Source: Rhynchobatus australiae (taxonomy: Eukaryota). Taken from it: DNA of 64,000 bases. Shown here one piece after another: positions 13,117 to 25,894 of the stretch; within the stretch, counting starts at the first letter, position 1; every line of letters begins with the position of its first letter. The position numbers were made by a program, and so were the translations under genes. The stretch lies in contig JAUZTB010000069.1 in NCBI GenBank assembly GCA_034780895.1, positions 13,221,812 to 13,285,811 on the forward strand, written 5' to 3'. The notes under the pieces are model-generated. The model saw only the letters and a program-made list of their open reading frames with translations, searched no databases and was not told where the DNA came from.

Positions 13117-13580
13117 AAACATGGTGTGTTTTTGAAAAATGCAGTATTTCCCAAATATCCTTTAGGGAATGAAATTTGTTGTTTGTATCTGGTCTCCAGT
13201 CCTCTACCTTAACTGTAGAGGCCATTTNNNNNNNNNNNNNNNNNNNNNNNNNNNNNNNNNNNNNNNNNNNNNNNNNNNNNNNNNNNNNNNNNNNNNNNNN
13301 NNNNNNNNNNNNNNNNNNNNNNNNNNNCCAGTCCTCTACCTTAACTGTAGAGGCCATTTTAAGGCAAAAATGCTCTGTGGTTCAAGAAGGCCAATTGCCA
13401 CTTTCTGAAAACCATCAGGGATGGCTGATAAATACCAACAATGCCCTTCACTCAAGAATTAATAGTAAAAAACATTTTTTAAAATGTATTCATTGCAGAG
13501 ATGTTGGGTGACTAGCTAGGCCAGTATTTAATGCTGATCAACTCAGTACCTGGCTTGGTCACTTCCAAAGGGCCAGTACG

Positions 13581-13774
13581 ACTGCAGATGCTGGAATCTG
13601 TAGGAAAAAACAGCATGATGGAAGAACTAAGTGGGTTGAGCAGCATCTGTGGAGGCAAAAGGTGTATGTCGATGATTTTGATCAAGAACCTTCATCAGGG
13701 TTTCAAACCAAAACATTGATATACACATTTTGCCTCCACAGATCTTGCTTGACCCACTGAGTTTGTGACTCCAG
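13581..13774. mobile_element. Palindromic Penelope-related non-autonomous element
   Basis: The arms gtgggttgagcagcatctgtggaggcaaaaggtgtatgtcgatg and cattgatatacacattttgcctccacagatcttgcttgacccac are inverted complements. The centre has ttcatcag, which reads CTGATGAA on the minus strand. Confidence 0.75.
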
Positions 13775-14289
13775 GTAAATTGTCCAAACCACCAGACATG
13801 AGGTTCATGATTTAACATCATATCCTAACCAGCATTTACTGCTCCACATTGCTTCATGTCATTAGCCCAATTGGCCATTGCTGACTCATCACAATTTTTT
13901 TCTAAAACAATAGTTAAGGTTGCCTTTTAACAGAGATAGCTGGTGCCGGGGTGAGTACAATGCTGCTTATTCTCAGCCTTGGATTGCATTCAGCCCAGTA
14001 CAAAGTTGGAATAGAGAGTTCTGTATGAAATGAGTTTCTGCAGCATTAACCCATCAATTGCCAGCCCACATTGGAATATTGCCCTCAATGTGAAGCTAAA
14101 GTGTTGCAGTAGTGTTTGCCATTTGATACTAGGGGCTAAGGCAGATTGTTGGGCCAGAGGGAGTTTAAGAGAGTTATCACATCATAGGATGGGTGCTTAA
14201 CAAACAAATTAAACTGTAATTTCCTACTTCATGTGTCATATAAGTCACCCTAGAGCTTGCAATGCACTTTTACCTTTTTATTATCCTGG

Positions 14290-14575
14290 ATGCATCATGC
14301 ACCCACATTTGCAGTGCCCTGTACACCAACATTGCACCCCTGTGTTGCCCTGCTTATAACGTATTCCCATCATGTCATCCTCCAAAAGACATTTCCACTT
14401 GTGTTGTCTGCTATATAATACGTTGCCACCTCTGCATTGTCTTGTGTATAACATTAACCATCAAGTGTTGTCTTGTATATAATGCATTACCACCTTTATG
14501 TTGCCCAGTTTCTTACACTCACGTATTGTCCTGTATTTAAGACATTACCACCAGTGTGTTGTCTTTTTTTATAAC
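14290..14575. repeat. Degenerate minisatellite, ~30-35 bp unit (tgtgttgtcctgtatataacacattaccacc-like)
   Basis: tgtgttgtc / tgtata(t)aa / cattaccacc recurs about 8 times. Confidence 0.7.
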
Positions 14576-15649
14576 AGACTCCCACCAATAGGTTTTCTGA
14601 TGCTGAGTCGCGCCCAATATTTATGATCACTGATTTAGTGATGCTTTTTAGTTCTAAACTGTTTTCTTCAAGAATGAAGTGGGGAGGGGATGAGGAGCTG
14701 CTATGCTATCAAATTATTCAAATTATTTGTTTTATGATAACAGACTGTTCACTGGGAACTAATCCAGACTGAACTGCCAAAATCTGTTTCTCTTGTGATT
14801 ATTAACAATGACCAAATGATGACCTTCTCTGGAATATCAATCAAAACAGTTAAAGGAGCTGCACGGGTCCACAAACTGTGCATATCAATGTCTTACAGGG
14901 AATTAAAAAGGGAATTAAAAAATTTGGATTAATACCTCTAGGAAAAGTCATTCTGAGAATCTTGACTTGCACTTGGTGTTCCTGATGTATATCTGTTTAA
15001 TCAGGAAAGTACATGCATTTACATTCTGCCGTGCATTATCTCAGGATATCCGAAGAGTATTTTTTTTAAGTATAATTACTGTAGTAACAACAACATGTGA
15101 CCATTTTTGACCAAATAGCAGGGCTGCAGTTCCTACATTGTCACATTAATTTCATTCTCTCTTAGGATTTGAACCCACAAACATTTGACTTGGGTGTATG
15201 AGTGCTGCTGACTGAGCCACAGTTGGTACCCACAGCAGGGCTAGGAAGGAACTGCAGTTGACTCCTAACTGTGTGTTCTGCTGCAAGGGTTGCTGGACGG
15301 AGATCTATGTGGTCCCTGGCTGACTTCCCATTCTGGCTCAGAAGTGCTGTGGCCATTTGTAGCACCTCCTGTATTTCTCCAGTTGATTTTAATTAACTCA
15401 GCACGGGTTAAACCTGAGACTGTTCCTGCTTTTTCAACCAATTGGGTAGGGGAATCTTTGTGTTGTTTTTCTAATTCCCTGGGTTTATGGGAATCCCCAA
15501 CCTCTGTTTAGGGGATTCACTCAGTGAAAATATCCCTAAAGCACAATTCTGTAAGCTTCCTCCTGAACTGTAATGTGGTTTATTGGAAAACTATTTAGTG
15601 GAGTTTTAGTTTTGCTCAGAATGAACTGAGAGAAATAATGTGTAATCAT

Positions 15650-16310
15650 TCCATCATGCTTGTACCTCCAAGTGTCACATAGGCTTGCTTCTTCTGGAAC
15701 CGAGCACCAGGGCTGCTAGTCTGTGGCCTGCTTGACAGTCTCAGTCATGTGTCTTCATCTCCTTCTCTTCTGTTCTTCACCTTATCTCCTAGGGATGACC
15801 CCCTTTAATGCTTCCTAACTGATGCCTTGTGTTCTGGGCAGTGCAGCCGATGATATTGTCTCATCTGTTCCTTCATACTGTTTGGACATTAGTTTTGTCT
15901 TTGATCCAACTCTAATTTTTGAGGTTTTTCTCAGCCAAAAAAAATCTGAGCTCCTCCTCCTACATTTGTTTTGAAAGATCTCAAATTTGTCAGTTTCCCC
16001 CATTTTGAGCTACATTCACAATACATTGAGGACATTGCTGTGGAAGATCCACAGCTTTTTCTGCTGTCCATTACTTTGCCATCCAAATGATCTTCAGCAT
16101 GGCATAGGACTGGAATTTGCTAATTCTTCTCAACATCTCTCTCTTTGGCTTGGCCTCTTGCCATTTTGCATCTCAGGCAGATAAGCTCAATTGCTTCCAG
16201 GATATTGTTGTCGAGGTTGGTCAATCTTGTTACTTGTCTTTGATTCAATTTCATCAACCGTGTTTTGCTGGAATTCACACTCAGAGAAAACATCTTTCCT
16301 TGTAGTTTGT
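15650..16310 (-). mobile_element. RTE-clade LINE relic (C-terminal part of ORF)
   Basis: The minus-strand translation DKFEIFQNKCRRRSSDFFWLRKTS resembles the RTE motif KLE.FQNKCLR.IL.I.W...ISN. It is frameshifted. Confidence 0.65.
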
Positions 16311-16319
16311 AAAAGTCCT

Positions 16320-16500
16320 TAACAATTATTCATGCCAGTAACTAGCAAAACATGGTCAATTTTATTAACTAGCAATACACAGTAAGTATCAAAACATTGC
16401 TAGCTTTTGTAGGTTATTAATAACAGTAACTCGCAAAACATTATCAGTTTTGTTGATTATAGTACATTATGCCTAGCAAAACCTTTGTCAGTTTCACTTA
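16320..16500. repeat. Degenerate tandem repeat (taactagcaaaacatt...agtttt)
   Basis: About 4-5 imperfect copies of (a)ctagcaaaacat. Confidence 0.6.
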
Positions 16501-17499
16501 GACATTGGAGATAGAACTGTAGCCAGGTGAGCTGAGCACTAACACCATCCCTCAGATCAATAAACATCTGCGTGAGAGACAGATAAATGACTGCTTTGGT
16601 CCCTGTGTTGAAGGTGGATGAGGAACCTCATGTTCAACCATTAAAGGATTCAGAATGATTGGAACACATTAGGAGATAATTTGGTCCATCACCTGTACTA
16701 TATGCAGGAGAAATCCAGCTACTTCCATCCTCCCACTCTCCCCATAGTCCTGTAAATTATAAATACTTAACACAACAATTCAGTCTGTCTTCACTGCTAT
16801 CCTGGCTGTAGAAAAAAATATTGTTCCTCATGTCACTTCTGGTTCTGTTGTCAATCACCTTCATTCTGTGATTTGTAGTTCTTGACCCCTCCGCCAATGG
16901 AAACAGTTTCTTTCTATCCACTCTGTCATGATTATATCAGGCCTTCCTTCCATTGCTGCCACTTACAGCATTTTCTGTTCACCCAGTCGATAGCTGGCTA
17001 CAGGCCACAGTGACAGCACACTGGTGATTGATGATGCTATGTACTTGTAATGGAGGAGTGCTGCAGAGTGGTATTAGTCAAACACTTGTTTGAACCCACA
17101 GCTCCCCATGGATTAAAACTGATTGTGGCAGCTGTGATAGGGGGAGGGGCTGGAAGCTGGCCAATTACTTAGTTAGTCCTGAGACCAAAGAAGGAAGGTC
17201 ACTGGGTCCTGGGTGTGCTCTCCACCAGCTGACTCTTCAGCATGCTCTTCTCTGAGCAGTCCCCTCCCTGCTCCTCAGGGGTGGAGGAAGAGAGAGTGGG
17301 AGCTAGATCAAAAATAATAAAGGAAGCTATTTTACTTTTTAAACAGCACAAAGAAGAGATCAAACAAAATCACAGAAAATCATTCAGCCAGCACAATTCT
17401 GTGCAGATTAATCAGCCACGTCCATCTGACAAACTGCAATGCACTCAGATTCATTGACTAAGCTACAGATTTTAAGAGGGCAATTGTTAGCATGGTGGT

Positions 17500-17830
17500 T
17501 CATACTTAACCATAGTAAAAAGAGCAGCTATGATATACAGTGAAGCTTACTGAGGCATATTGAAACATAGTGACCCACACTGAACCCTAGTCAACAGTGC
17601 AACACTGAACCATAGTGAACACTTGTGAAATATAGTGAACAGCACTGGGAAATTTTGACCCATTGTGGACACAACCATACTGGACTACTATGAATCAGAG
17701 TGTATTACTGAATAAAATAGCTCTGGTCTACCGTAAGCCATAGGAACCACACTGAACCATAGTGAACTCATCATGAAAATAGTGAATCACCGTGAATAGG
17801 GTAGCAGTGGACGATAGTGAATAGAGCAGT
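17500..17830. repeat. Degenerate minisatellite, ~20 bp unit (cactgaaccatagtgaa)
   Basis: Exact cactgaaccatagtgaac near 17603 and 17749, with many diverged copies between and around them. Confidence 0.75.
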
Positions 17831-18257
17831 AGCTCTACTAGGTTTTATTGATACCAATCAGTATATTTGCAGGGGAATCATAAATGTTTCTAGATTAACA
17901 CTGGATGATCTAAGCAGGATATTAAGTCTTTGTATCCATGCTCTGTACCTGTTTGAGCTGTGTGGAATGTGTCAGACTGAGAAAAGATAGTTCTAATACA
18001 ATCACTGGTATTACAACCAACCATTCTTATACTTGAAACTACAACAATATGTTTGGAATTTAGGCAGAGAGTGATTGGTAGATTATATGAATCATGGATA
18101 ATAAAATCATTAGTATTCTTCCAAACTTGAGTTGTGTTTGGTTATAGTATCAAGTGGTTAACACCAGAGTGCTACACGAAAATCATCGTTACAGCTTGAA
18201 TTGCTGGTTCCTGGAAAGTAGCAATGCTTCAGAATAAGCTTCTAAACCCAGTTGTTT

Positions 18258-18430
18258 GAAGCATAAAACAAATTGCTGGAGGGACTCAGTAGGTCAAGCA
18301 CCATCTGTAGAAGCAAAGAGATGGTGGATGTTTGCGGTCCAGGTCCTGCATCAGGACTGCTTGACCTGCTGAATTCCTCCAGCAGTTTGTTTTATGCTCC
18401 ATATTCCAAGACCTCCATTCTCCTGTGTCT
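18258..18430. mobile_element. Palindromic Penelope-related element
   Basis: gcataaaacaaattgctggagggactcagtaggtcaagca pairs with tgcttgacctgctgaattcctccagcagtttgttttatgc. The centre carries a degenerate minus-strand CTGATG core. Confidence 0.75.
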
Positions 18431-21401
18431 GCATTTCATTTGAAACCTGCCAAACCAACTTTCAACACATTTATAGTACTGGGACACCAAGTATCCTTTC
18501 CAGCTGCCCCATGACTTCAATCTCCTCAAACGTTTCACTGTCTTAAACATCTGTTACCCTGCTCACCCTGATCCTGCACATATCGGTTGAGTGCAGCCTT
18601 CATTTAATCACTAACATCATCTGAATCACCTAGAAACATGGAACCAGAATCATTGAAATATTTGGCACAAATGGAAGCTGTTAGGCCTATCATGCCCATG
18701 TTGAATGAGGAGTAGCTGTGAATGTAAACCCCACTTCCCACTCCTATCTGTAACCAATTAATTTACGGGCCTTCATGTGTTCAGCTATGTAAGTCTTCAC
18801 CACCCTTTCAGGCAATGAGCTCTAGTTGTNNNNNNNNNNNNNNNNNNNNNNNNNNNNNNNNNNNNTCTCTGATCCGTCCAGCAGTTACTTTAAATCTATA
18901 GCATCTGATGATCAGTCTCCCTGCTAAGGTTGTACGTCCTTCATTTTCACACGTAAGCCTTTCAGTCTCTACATGTACTTCATTAATAGATAGTCTGCTT
19001 TATACATTGATCCTTAAACTACAATCTCTTTTGTTCTCTCTAAACTCCATTAGCAGTTTCATTGTTTTCAAATCCCCGCCATGGCCAAAACCCCCCATGC
19101 CCTTGTACTTGCATCCACTCTGACAAAACTACACTGCTCCTTCATCTCTGCTTCCTGAGCCACTTGCTCAGTTACCATATTGCTGTCGTCTGAGATGTGG
19201 TTCAGTGTTCATTCTGCAGTAGGGAGACCTAAAGGAGCACAAGATTTTTTGGATGTAGGGTATAGAGAGGATTAGGGTGGCACTTATTGTGCAGCAGCAA
19301 TTACCAGCCATTCTGTCACACCTGGATAAGATAATGGTGTGCCTTTACTAAGTAGATGCACTGGGTCAAGCAGGACACAGGTTCGCCTCCCTGTTGGTGC
19401 TGATGTTTGATCTCAGCTGGCAGCGAAGATGCCTCGGCATTCCCAGCTTCTGAAGGGTTGTCTCACTGTACTTATTACTGTGCAGGGCATGTGTGTGAAC
19501 ATCAGGTGATGACAGGACCACATTTGCACCCATGTACTAATAGTCTGCTGATGCTATGTGTCACCAGTGAAGAATGACCACTTGAATGAAGTGCTTCAAG
19601 AAATATATTCCTCCTGGCAGTGTTGAGTCAGGTGACGATACAGATCGAATGTTGCTCTTCCAATCTGTTCTGTAGTTGACGCATCACATAGCACAGAAGA
19701 TCATTTGTCTCTCTCAGCTGTGCCTGCTCTTTGAAAGAACTGGCCAGCTAATTCCGGTGCTCCATCAAGTTCATTATGAATTCTTGATTGAAAGTTGCCA
19801 TTGAATCATTTCNNNNNNNNNNNNNNNNNNNNNNNNNNNNNNNNNNNNNNNNNNNNNNNNNNNNNNNNNNNNNNNNNNNNNNNNNNNNNNNNNNNNNNNN
19901 NNNNNNNNNNNNNNNNNNNNNNNNNNNNNNNNNNNNNNNNNNNNNNNTATCCCCAATAAGATAAAGGTTATCATTTGGTAGGGGCTTACATTCCACACTG
20001 CTGCAATTCCCTTCCTGCAGTGTGCTCCTGCTGCCAACTGCGACAGAAAACAATGTTAATCATTAAAACCTGCTGGACTGATGAGTGAATCTAATTAAGG
20101 ACAGTCACCGCCAGGCTTCCATCAGAGGGCGGACCATTTAGTGAACAAGGCAGTGAAAAGCTGCCAGGTCTGACTTGGAGACAGTTCAGGACTTCTGATT
20201 ATGTCTCTTTAGGATACGGCTAAGTAGAATGAGACAGGTCTGACTACATGGTAATGTTGTAATCTTATATTTGCATGCAACTTATGGTTGTGCTGTAACT
20301 GTTAGTCACGCTACTCACTTGTCAGAATGTCAGAGCAAGAGGGTTACTCTGATCCCCATTCAGTATCCATTTTGACAATACCCTGTGATCTGGTACACAT
20401 AGAAGAATTTATTTTTGACCATTCTGGGAGATTCTGTCAAGCATATATTCTACAGAAAAGTGCATACATCCTCAATGTGCTTCATGATTATTCAGGGCAG
20501 TAACCATATCGGCCCCCACCTTCCCAGAACACACCACTGTCATTGACTATTCACAGCGGTTCTAGGAAGACCAATCTTACATTGCTGGGGGCTGCAGGAT
20601 AATACAGTGAGTTTGGAACTCCTAACATCACATGAAGGTTTCGTGCTGCATTTTTAATTACTCTGACCAGATGGCAGCCATGAAATCAGACAGAGGCTGT
20701 AACAATTGTAAATGCCCGTTGTGGCATGCTTCACGTCCTGGTGCTCCAGCAGGGGATGGGGTTGGGAGGAAACCGACTGTGGAGAGTCCGCCAACACCAA
20801 CTGATTGAATCCAGAGGAAGAGGGGAGGAAACTGAAAGAGTTTTTACAGCACTTTCCTTGTTCCAGGATATTCCAATCTTACATTCTGTACAACGTAGGG
20901 TATGTGGCAATCAATTAATGCACTTGAGGTGAAAACAAGATCTTTCATTTAAAGTCTCAACCAAAAATTGGCACCCAACAGTGTGGCACACCCTTGGTAT
21001 TGCAGTGGAATGCCAACTAATCTCATGCCAGTATTTCAGGAGTTCTTTGGTGTCCTATAATTATCTTCCATATTAGAAAGAAGGCTTATCTGGTTTATAG
21101 CACATTGCCTTCTAGGGATGCAATGTTTTCTGGATGCATTTTGGCTGCTATGTACTCTGCATTTCAAAAGCACTTAATTGAATGGTTTCCTTTATATTTT
21201 TTCTTTGTATAATCAGACTACAATACTACATGGGCCACAATAGCAAAACGTTACACAGACAAAGAAACTTAATTTTAACTGCCTTATTATTTCAAAACCA
21301 TCTGAGAAATTTCCTTTGTTTCCCCTATTCACCCTCCCCCATCTTCTCTACTGCTTTGACAAACTTGCTTCTGTCTTGCGTCTTCGTTTCTATATATTTG
21401 T

Positions 21402-21440
21402 CAGTTCCGACGAAGGGACCTGGACCTGAAACGTTAACTG
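21402..21440 (+). ncRNA. Minimal type-I hammerhead ribozyme-like motif within a Penelope-related repeat (~21330-21525)
   Basis: CAGTT-CCGACGA-AGGGACCTGGACCT-GAAA-CGTT-AACTG gives stem I CAGTT/AACTG, a core one base from CTGANGA, stem II AGG..CCT, GAAA, and the palindromic AACGTT in place of stem III. Confidence 0.6.
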
Positions 21441-21734
21441 TTCTCTTTCTACAAATGCTGTTTGATCTGTTGAATTTATTTTTTTCCAGCAGTTTCTGTT
21501 TTTATATCAGATTTCCAACACCTGCAGGATATTTTTTTTATTTATATTTAAAGTTTAAGGCAATGTTTTGCGGAGCTGACCTCACAGGGCAACATTGTGC
21601 CTGCTCTTGGGTTCCTCCTAGAGGAGTGACACTGGTTGGTGACTTCCTGAACCCAATCTGTATTGGAGGCGAAGATAGGACGGATTCATTGAGTTACAGT
21701 GTTTTGCAGCTTAGAAATAGGCCCAGAGACAAAT

Positions 21735-21975
21735 TAATTTTTATTCCAAAAATAAACTTTATTCTTAAAAGTATATACAGGAAATATACAATCAGTACAT
21801 GTCTTTCTTTACATTCATTGTGTTATCAAAAATACATTTTATTTACAAAGTACCATGTCTCTGAACAATACCGTGAACAATCAGGTATTTGCGGAGCTGT
21901 TTCACTGGAGCAGCCCTTCAGTGTCCAACGTCGGCGGTACCTTAGATGACAGCCCTTCACCAAAAGCCTTAATGG
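21735..21975 (-). mobile_element. Possible L1/Tx1-type LINE 3' tail
   Basis: The minus strand ends ...gaataaagtttatttttggaataaaaa (polyA signal plus A tail) after an AT-rich UTR. The family assignment is tentative. Confidence 0.35.
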
Positions 21976-22439
21976 TCTGTGGCTCTAACTGGTGGCACGT
22001 CAGAAGGTCATAAGCCTTTGTACTTGTCGACTGTTAGCATTTAATTGCAATGCCGCATCAGATCATTCAGCCCTGTCTTTGCTATCTGGCACTGGGACAA
22101 TTAAGATGCGATCGCACGGGCCAGTTGTACTACAACTTGTCTAGTACAACAGGCTTGCCTGGTTCTGTAAACTACCTAAACTCTTCCCCTCGCTGAAAGT
22201 GAGATAAGGGGCTCCACAGGAAAGTTTCAGTATTTCTTGCAGTTATCACGTAGAACTGTAGTTTGAAATCCACGGGCACAGAAGCTGTGGTGGAAGTGGA
22301 TTCTATGCTGGATTCANNNNNNNNNNNNNNNNNNNNNNNNNNNNAAACACTCAAGTTGAGTTTTTTTAATGACAGCACTCCACTTCATTTGAATATAAAG
22401 GTCATTCTACTTTTATTTAATCAACCTTAGTTTTTATGT

Positions 22440-22757
22440 AATGTAAACTCTGTATTGATTGTCTGATCCAATCCGGTGTTTGGGGAAATCCAGACCACTT
22501 TTGGGAGGCTGCAGGAGGCGCCTCTCTACAATGGTGACATCATGGCCAGTCCGAGAGGGCGGGTTCGATTGCCGTGACTGGCTGCCACATCCCATTTATG
22601 ATTTAGCCACGGCTTGGTGTTGCCAGTGAGTGGAGAGAGTTGAGAAGGATCCTCCTTTAGCAGGATTCAGCAGTCGTGTTTACATCCCCCCTGACACACG
22701 AAGGGAGGAATGGCTTGTCTCTTGTCAATTTAAGAGGAGTCAGCACCAGCCTTTCCC
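22440..22757 (+). promoter_or_regulatory. Putative RALGDS promoter / 5' UTR in a locally CpG-enriched region
   Basis: CpG density is visibly higher at about 21870-23350 than elsewhere. CCAAT near 22468, CRE-like TGACATCA at 22535-22542 and GC box GAGGGCGGG at 22555-22563 lie upstream of the exon 1 ATG. The transcription start cannot be determined. Confidence 0.5.
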
Positions 22758-22940
22758 ATGGTTTACCTAATGTGGCCAGAGTTGCAAAATGACTGTGCAC
22801 CCAGCGGGCAGAAGATGTTTGAAAGTTCCAGACGCATGAAGAACATCTGGGACGCCGTGAGGCTGGAGGTGACTGGAGACCCCAACTCCGTGGTTCTTAG
22901 CAGCTTCACACAGCTGGATCCCGATCTCCCTTTGACCGAG
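22758..22940 (+). CDS. RALGDS: RALGDS coding exon 1 (MVYLMWPELQ...IWDAVRLEV...SFTQLDPDLPLTE)
   Basis: The translation contains WDAVRLEV and SFTQLDPDLP, which match the N-terminus of vertebrate RALGDS as I recall it. ATG at 22758, 183 nt, donor GAG|GTAGGC at 22941, phase 0. Confidence 0.92.
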
Positions 22941-25194
22941 GTAGGCTGGATTTTTACTCCCCATGGGTTAGATGGAGGGAGCTGTTCCGTTAGGTTCTGC
23001 CGAGACAGATGTAAAAATATGAGCAAAAGAGTCCAGAGAGGGTGCGATTGTTTTTGTTTTATTTAGAATAATCATCAGGAATTCACTGGACTTGCTCCCG
23101 AGAGCACTGGGAACACAATCAGTTAGTGCGTCCAGAAAGGAATTGTTTGGGCACTAGAGAGAAGAGTTTGTCGGGAAAGAGCGAGGGAATGGGACTGACA
23201 GGATTGTTCTAATTAGAGCCGGCATAAAATCCGCGGGCCGAATGGCATCTGTGCCATAACAATTCCGTGATTCCAGAAAAGATCTTTTCACCAGTCAGCT
23301 CGCGCATTCCGAACCATCCCCACAGTTGCTACGGAGCTCTGAGTAATTTCTGCAATGTGTTTGTTTATGTAGTGGAATCCTGCGTATGTCATGAGGTGTT
23401 GTAATGCTACTTAGCACTATCCAGTCAGATGTTTAACTCTCCTTACTGTAACCCAGTGTGCATTCGCAGGTGGGGAGGAAGGGGGATTATCAACTATCTC
23501 AGGATTAACCGTGGCTCCGTGTTTTTCCCCCCTCTTCTGACTTTGAACGATTACTGATGAGAAATTCAGGGTTCTGAAGCGTTAAGTTTTTGAACAAAAA
23601 TGAACTCCTAAATAGGACTGGGCAACTGGTGTAACTAACGCAAGTGTTGTCTGTAATTATCCAGCTGCCTACTTACTGCATTTTCACACCATAATCTAGT
23701 TCAGGAGTACAGTGATTGCTATATATTCCACAACAGGAGAAGATTTCCTTTGCTTTGTATATTAAATTGTGGATCAATTTTTAAGGAATAGCTTGGGATC
23801 AATTTAGATAGACATAATGGCCATCTTCATCATGAATTTAGAAGTGTGAATATTATCCACATATTTCACTGAGGAGTTCTGATATTTCAAAGTATGGTTG
23901 CCAAGGAGGTATAAGCAATTTGCTCAATCAGAGGTGAAAAGTGAGGTTGATTTAAGTTAACTGCACCAAGCTGAATTTCTGACCTCTATCTTTTTAACAT
24001 CTGCTCAAGTTCAAGCTGCTCTTGTGTTTCTGGAATGTGTTTAATGGGACCTCCCTCCTCTTCCCCTACCTCATTACAAAAGCAAAATCTGTAAAGCTGG
24101 TGCCTGTTACCTTTCCCCTCGCTCACCTGATGATAACAACCCTTGCCTCCCATCGGAATAAAGTGCCAATGGCAATGATGCTCAATTATAGATGGCTGGT
24201 AGTTATTTGACCTTGGAGGGCATCACATAAGCTTGCTCCTCTCCTTTCCAGATATCCACTTGACTAACGTCCTTCACGAAAGGAAACCTGTCCTTGCATC
24301 CTTCCATTATCCAGTCAATATATGATTCCAAGTCTACCACTATAATTGTGTTAACTACCTCCTCAGTTTAGGACAATTAAAGCTGGGCAATAAATGCTGA
24401 GGCCAAGTGTAGCAGCCCACCATTGTTCATTATTAATCTCAGCCTCTCCTGCTTTGTAGATGACTCATTGTCACATCTGGGGATGAAATCAGCCACTGGT
24501 GTATGGCCCCTTTAAGGCCGGACAGAACATTATTTAATTTTTAAGATGTGCTGAATCTCATAAGTGGAAAATCTAGCTGCAGTTTTGGCAGTGGGAGCAT
24601 ATTGAAATGTAATCCTTTGAAAAACTCAAGGACACTTGGATTAAAAACAAAATGCCCAAAAGAAAGCCACAATACCTAGAAATCAGCAGCCTTCAACAAA
24701 ATTCATATTGCTAGAACAGCAGGAACAGTTTCTCCTTTTCTAAGGATGTCCCTTATGTTACCAGGAGGAGGGAATGCATTGTGGTTGTCTGCTCTGTACA
24801 TTACACAATGATGGCTGCCCCTGTACTCTCTAATGTATAGATCATGTTTTTTCCTCTATTCTTTCCCCTCTGTAGCCTTGAGTTGGCTTTGTCCACACTG
24901 CTGTTCATCATGTGGTCACCGGCCAATGGGTATTGGCACCTCTTCAGCTGTGGGGGAGGGGCACAGCTGATACTGCTGCTTCCCTTGACCAACAAACAGG
25001 CACACCATTTCTTGTAGCTATTGAGAGAGGAAGCTCAAACCAGGCCAGTGGAAGGGTCACTGCTGACACCTGGGCTATTAACCAACTTGCGTTGAATGGT
25101 CAAACCTGAACCCCTCCTGGTTCAAAATTGTAAAAGAGGACCCAGATCGGGAAATGAAAGCAAGTCATGTATTTCTAGAGTGTTCTTCAGAACC

Positions 25195-25370
25195 AAAAGA
25201 ACATCCCAAAGTGCTTTACAGCCAATGAAGTACCTCTGAAGTGTACTCACAGTTGCACTCTAGGAAATAGAGTGGCTGGTTTGTGCACAAAGACTCCCTT
25301 AAAGAACAATGGAGCAATGGTCAATTCATCTGTTTCTGGTGATGCTGGGTGATAGATAAATGTTGACCAA
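25195..25370 (-). mobile_element. Deu-domain SINE 3' fragment
   Basis: catcccaaagtgctttacagccaatgaagtacctctgaagtgtactcac is the reverse complement of the Deu-SINE tail. Confidence 0.7.
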
Positions 25371-25894
25371 TGCAAACTGCCTTGGATGTCTTGCAAATTG
25401 TGTCAAGGAGTCTTTTACATCCAGCTGCAAGGGAATCTGGAACCTCTGTTCTATGTCTCATCCACAAAGATTGTTGTTCCAACAGTGGATTCACTTCCAT
25501 GGTATTTCTGACACTTCAGATACTGTCGGAACTATTTCTTGGGTGGTATTTGAACCCACGACCTACAGAGCAATGCTAAACATTTCAGGGAAAGCTAGTG
25601 AAGGCAGAATGTCTGAAATCATGCAAGAAAGAATTGAGCATGGTAGTGAGGGGATAATTTTCCCATAATTTGAGGTAGTAGCTGGTAACTATCATTTAAC
25701 CTTTTTTGCATTGTTTTGAAGTGTAAAGATGATTCACAAGCTCTCCTATTAATTCACAATTACTGCCAAAAGAACGAAAGCATAACCAATCATAGACACT
25801 GTAAAGGAAATAAATTGTCTTGAATTTGTGAATTGACTGTCTGCCTCTGGCCATCACATTGAATATCGATGAACTGGAACAGATTACAATTACA

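Noticed and set aside
17500-17830. Repeat-spacer-like appearance suggesting a CRISPR array
   Set aside because: The units are degenerate and contiguous without unique spacers, the context is vertebrate, and there are no cas genes.
21182-21949. 255-aa ORF, the longest gap-free ORF in the track
   Set aside because: It runs through a Penelope-related arm and an AT-rich LINE-like tail. It is F/L-rich with no domain, so it is a chance ORF.
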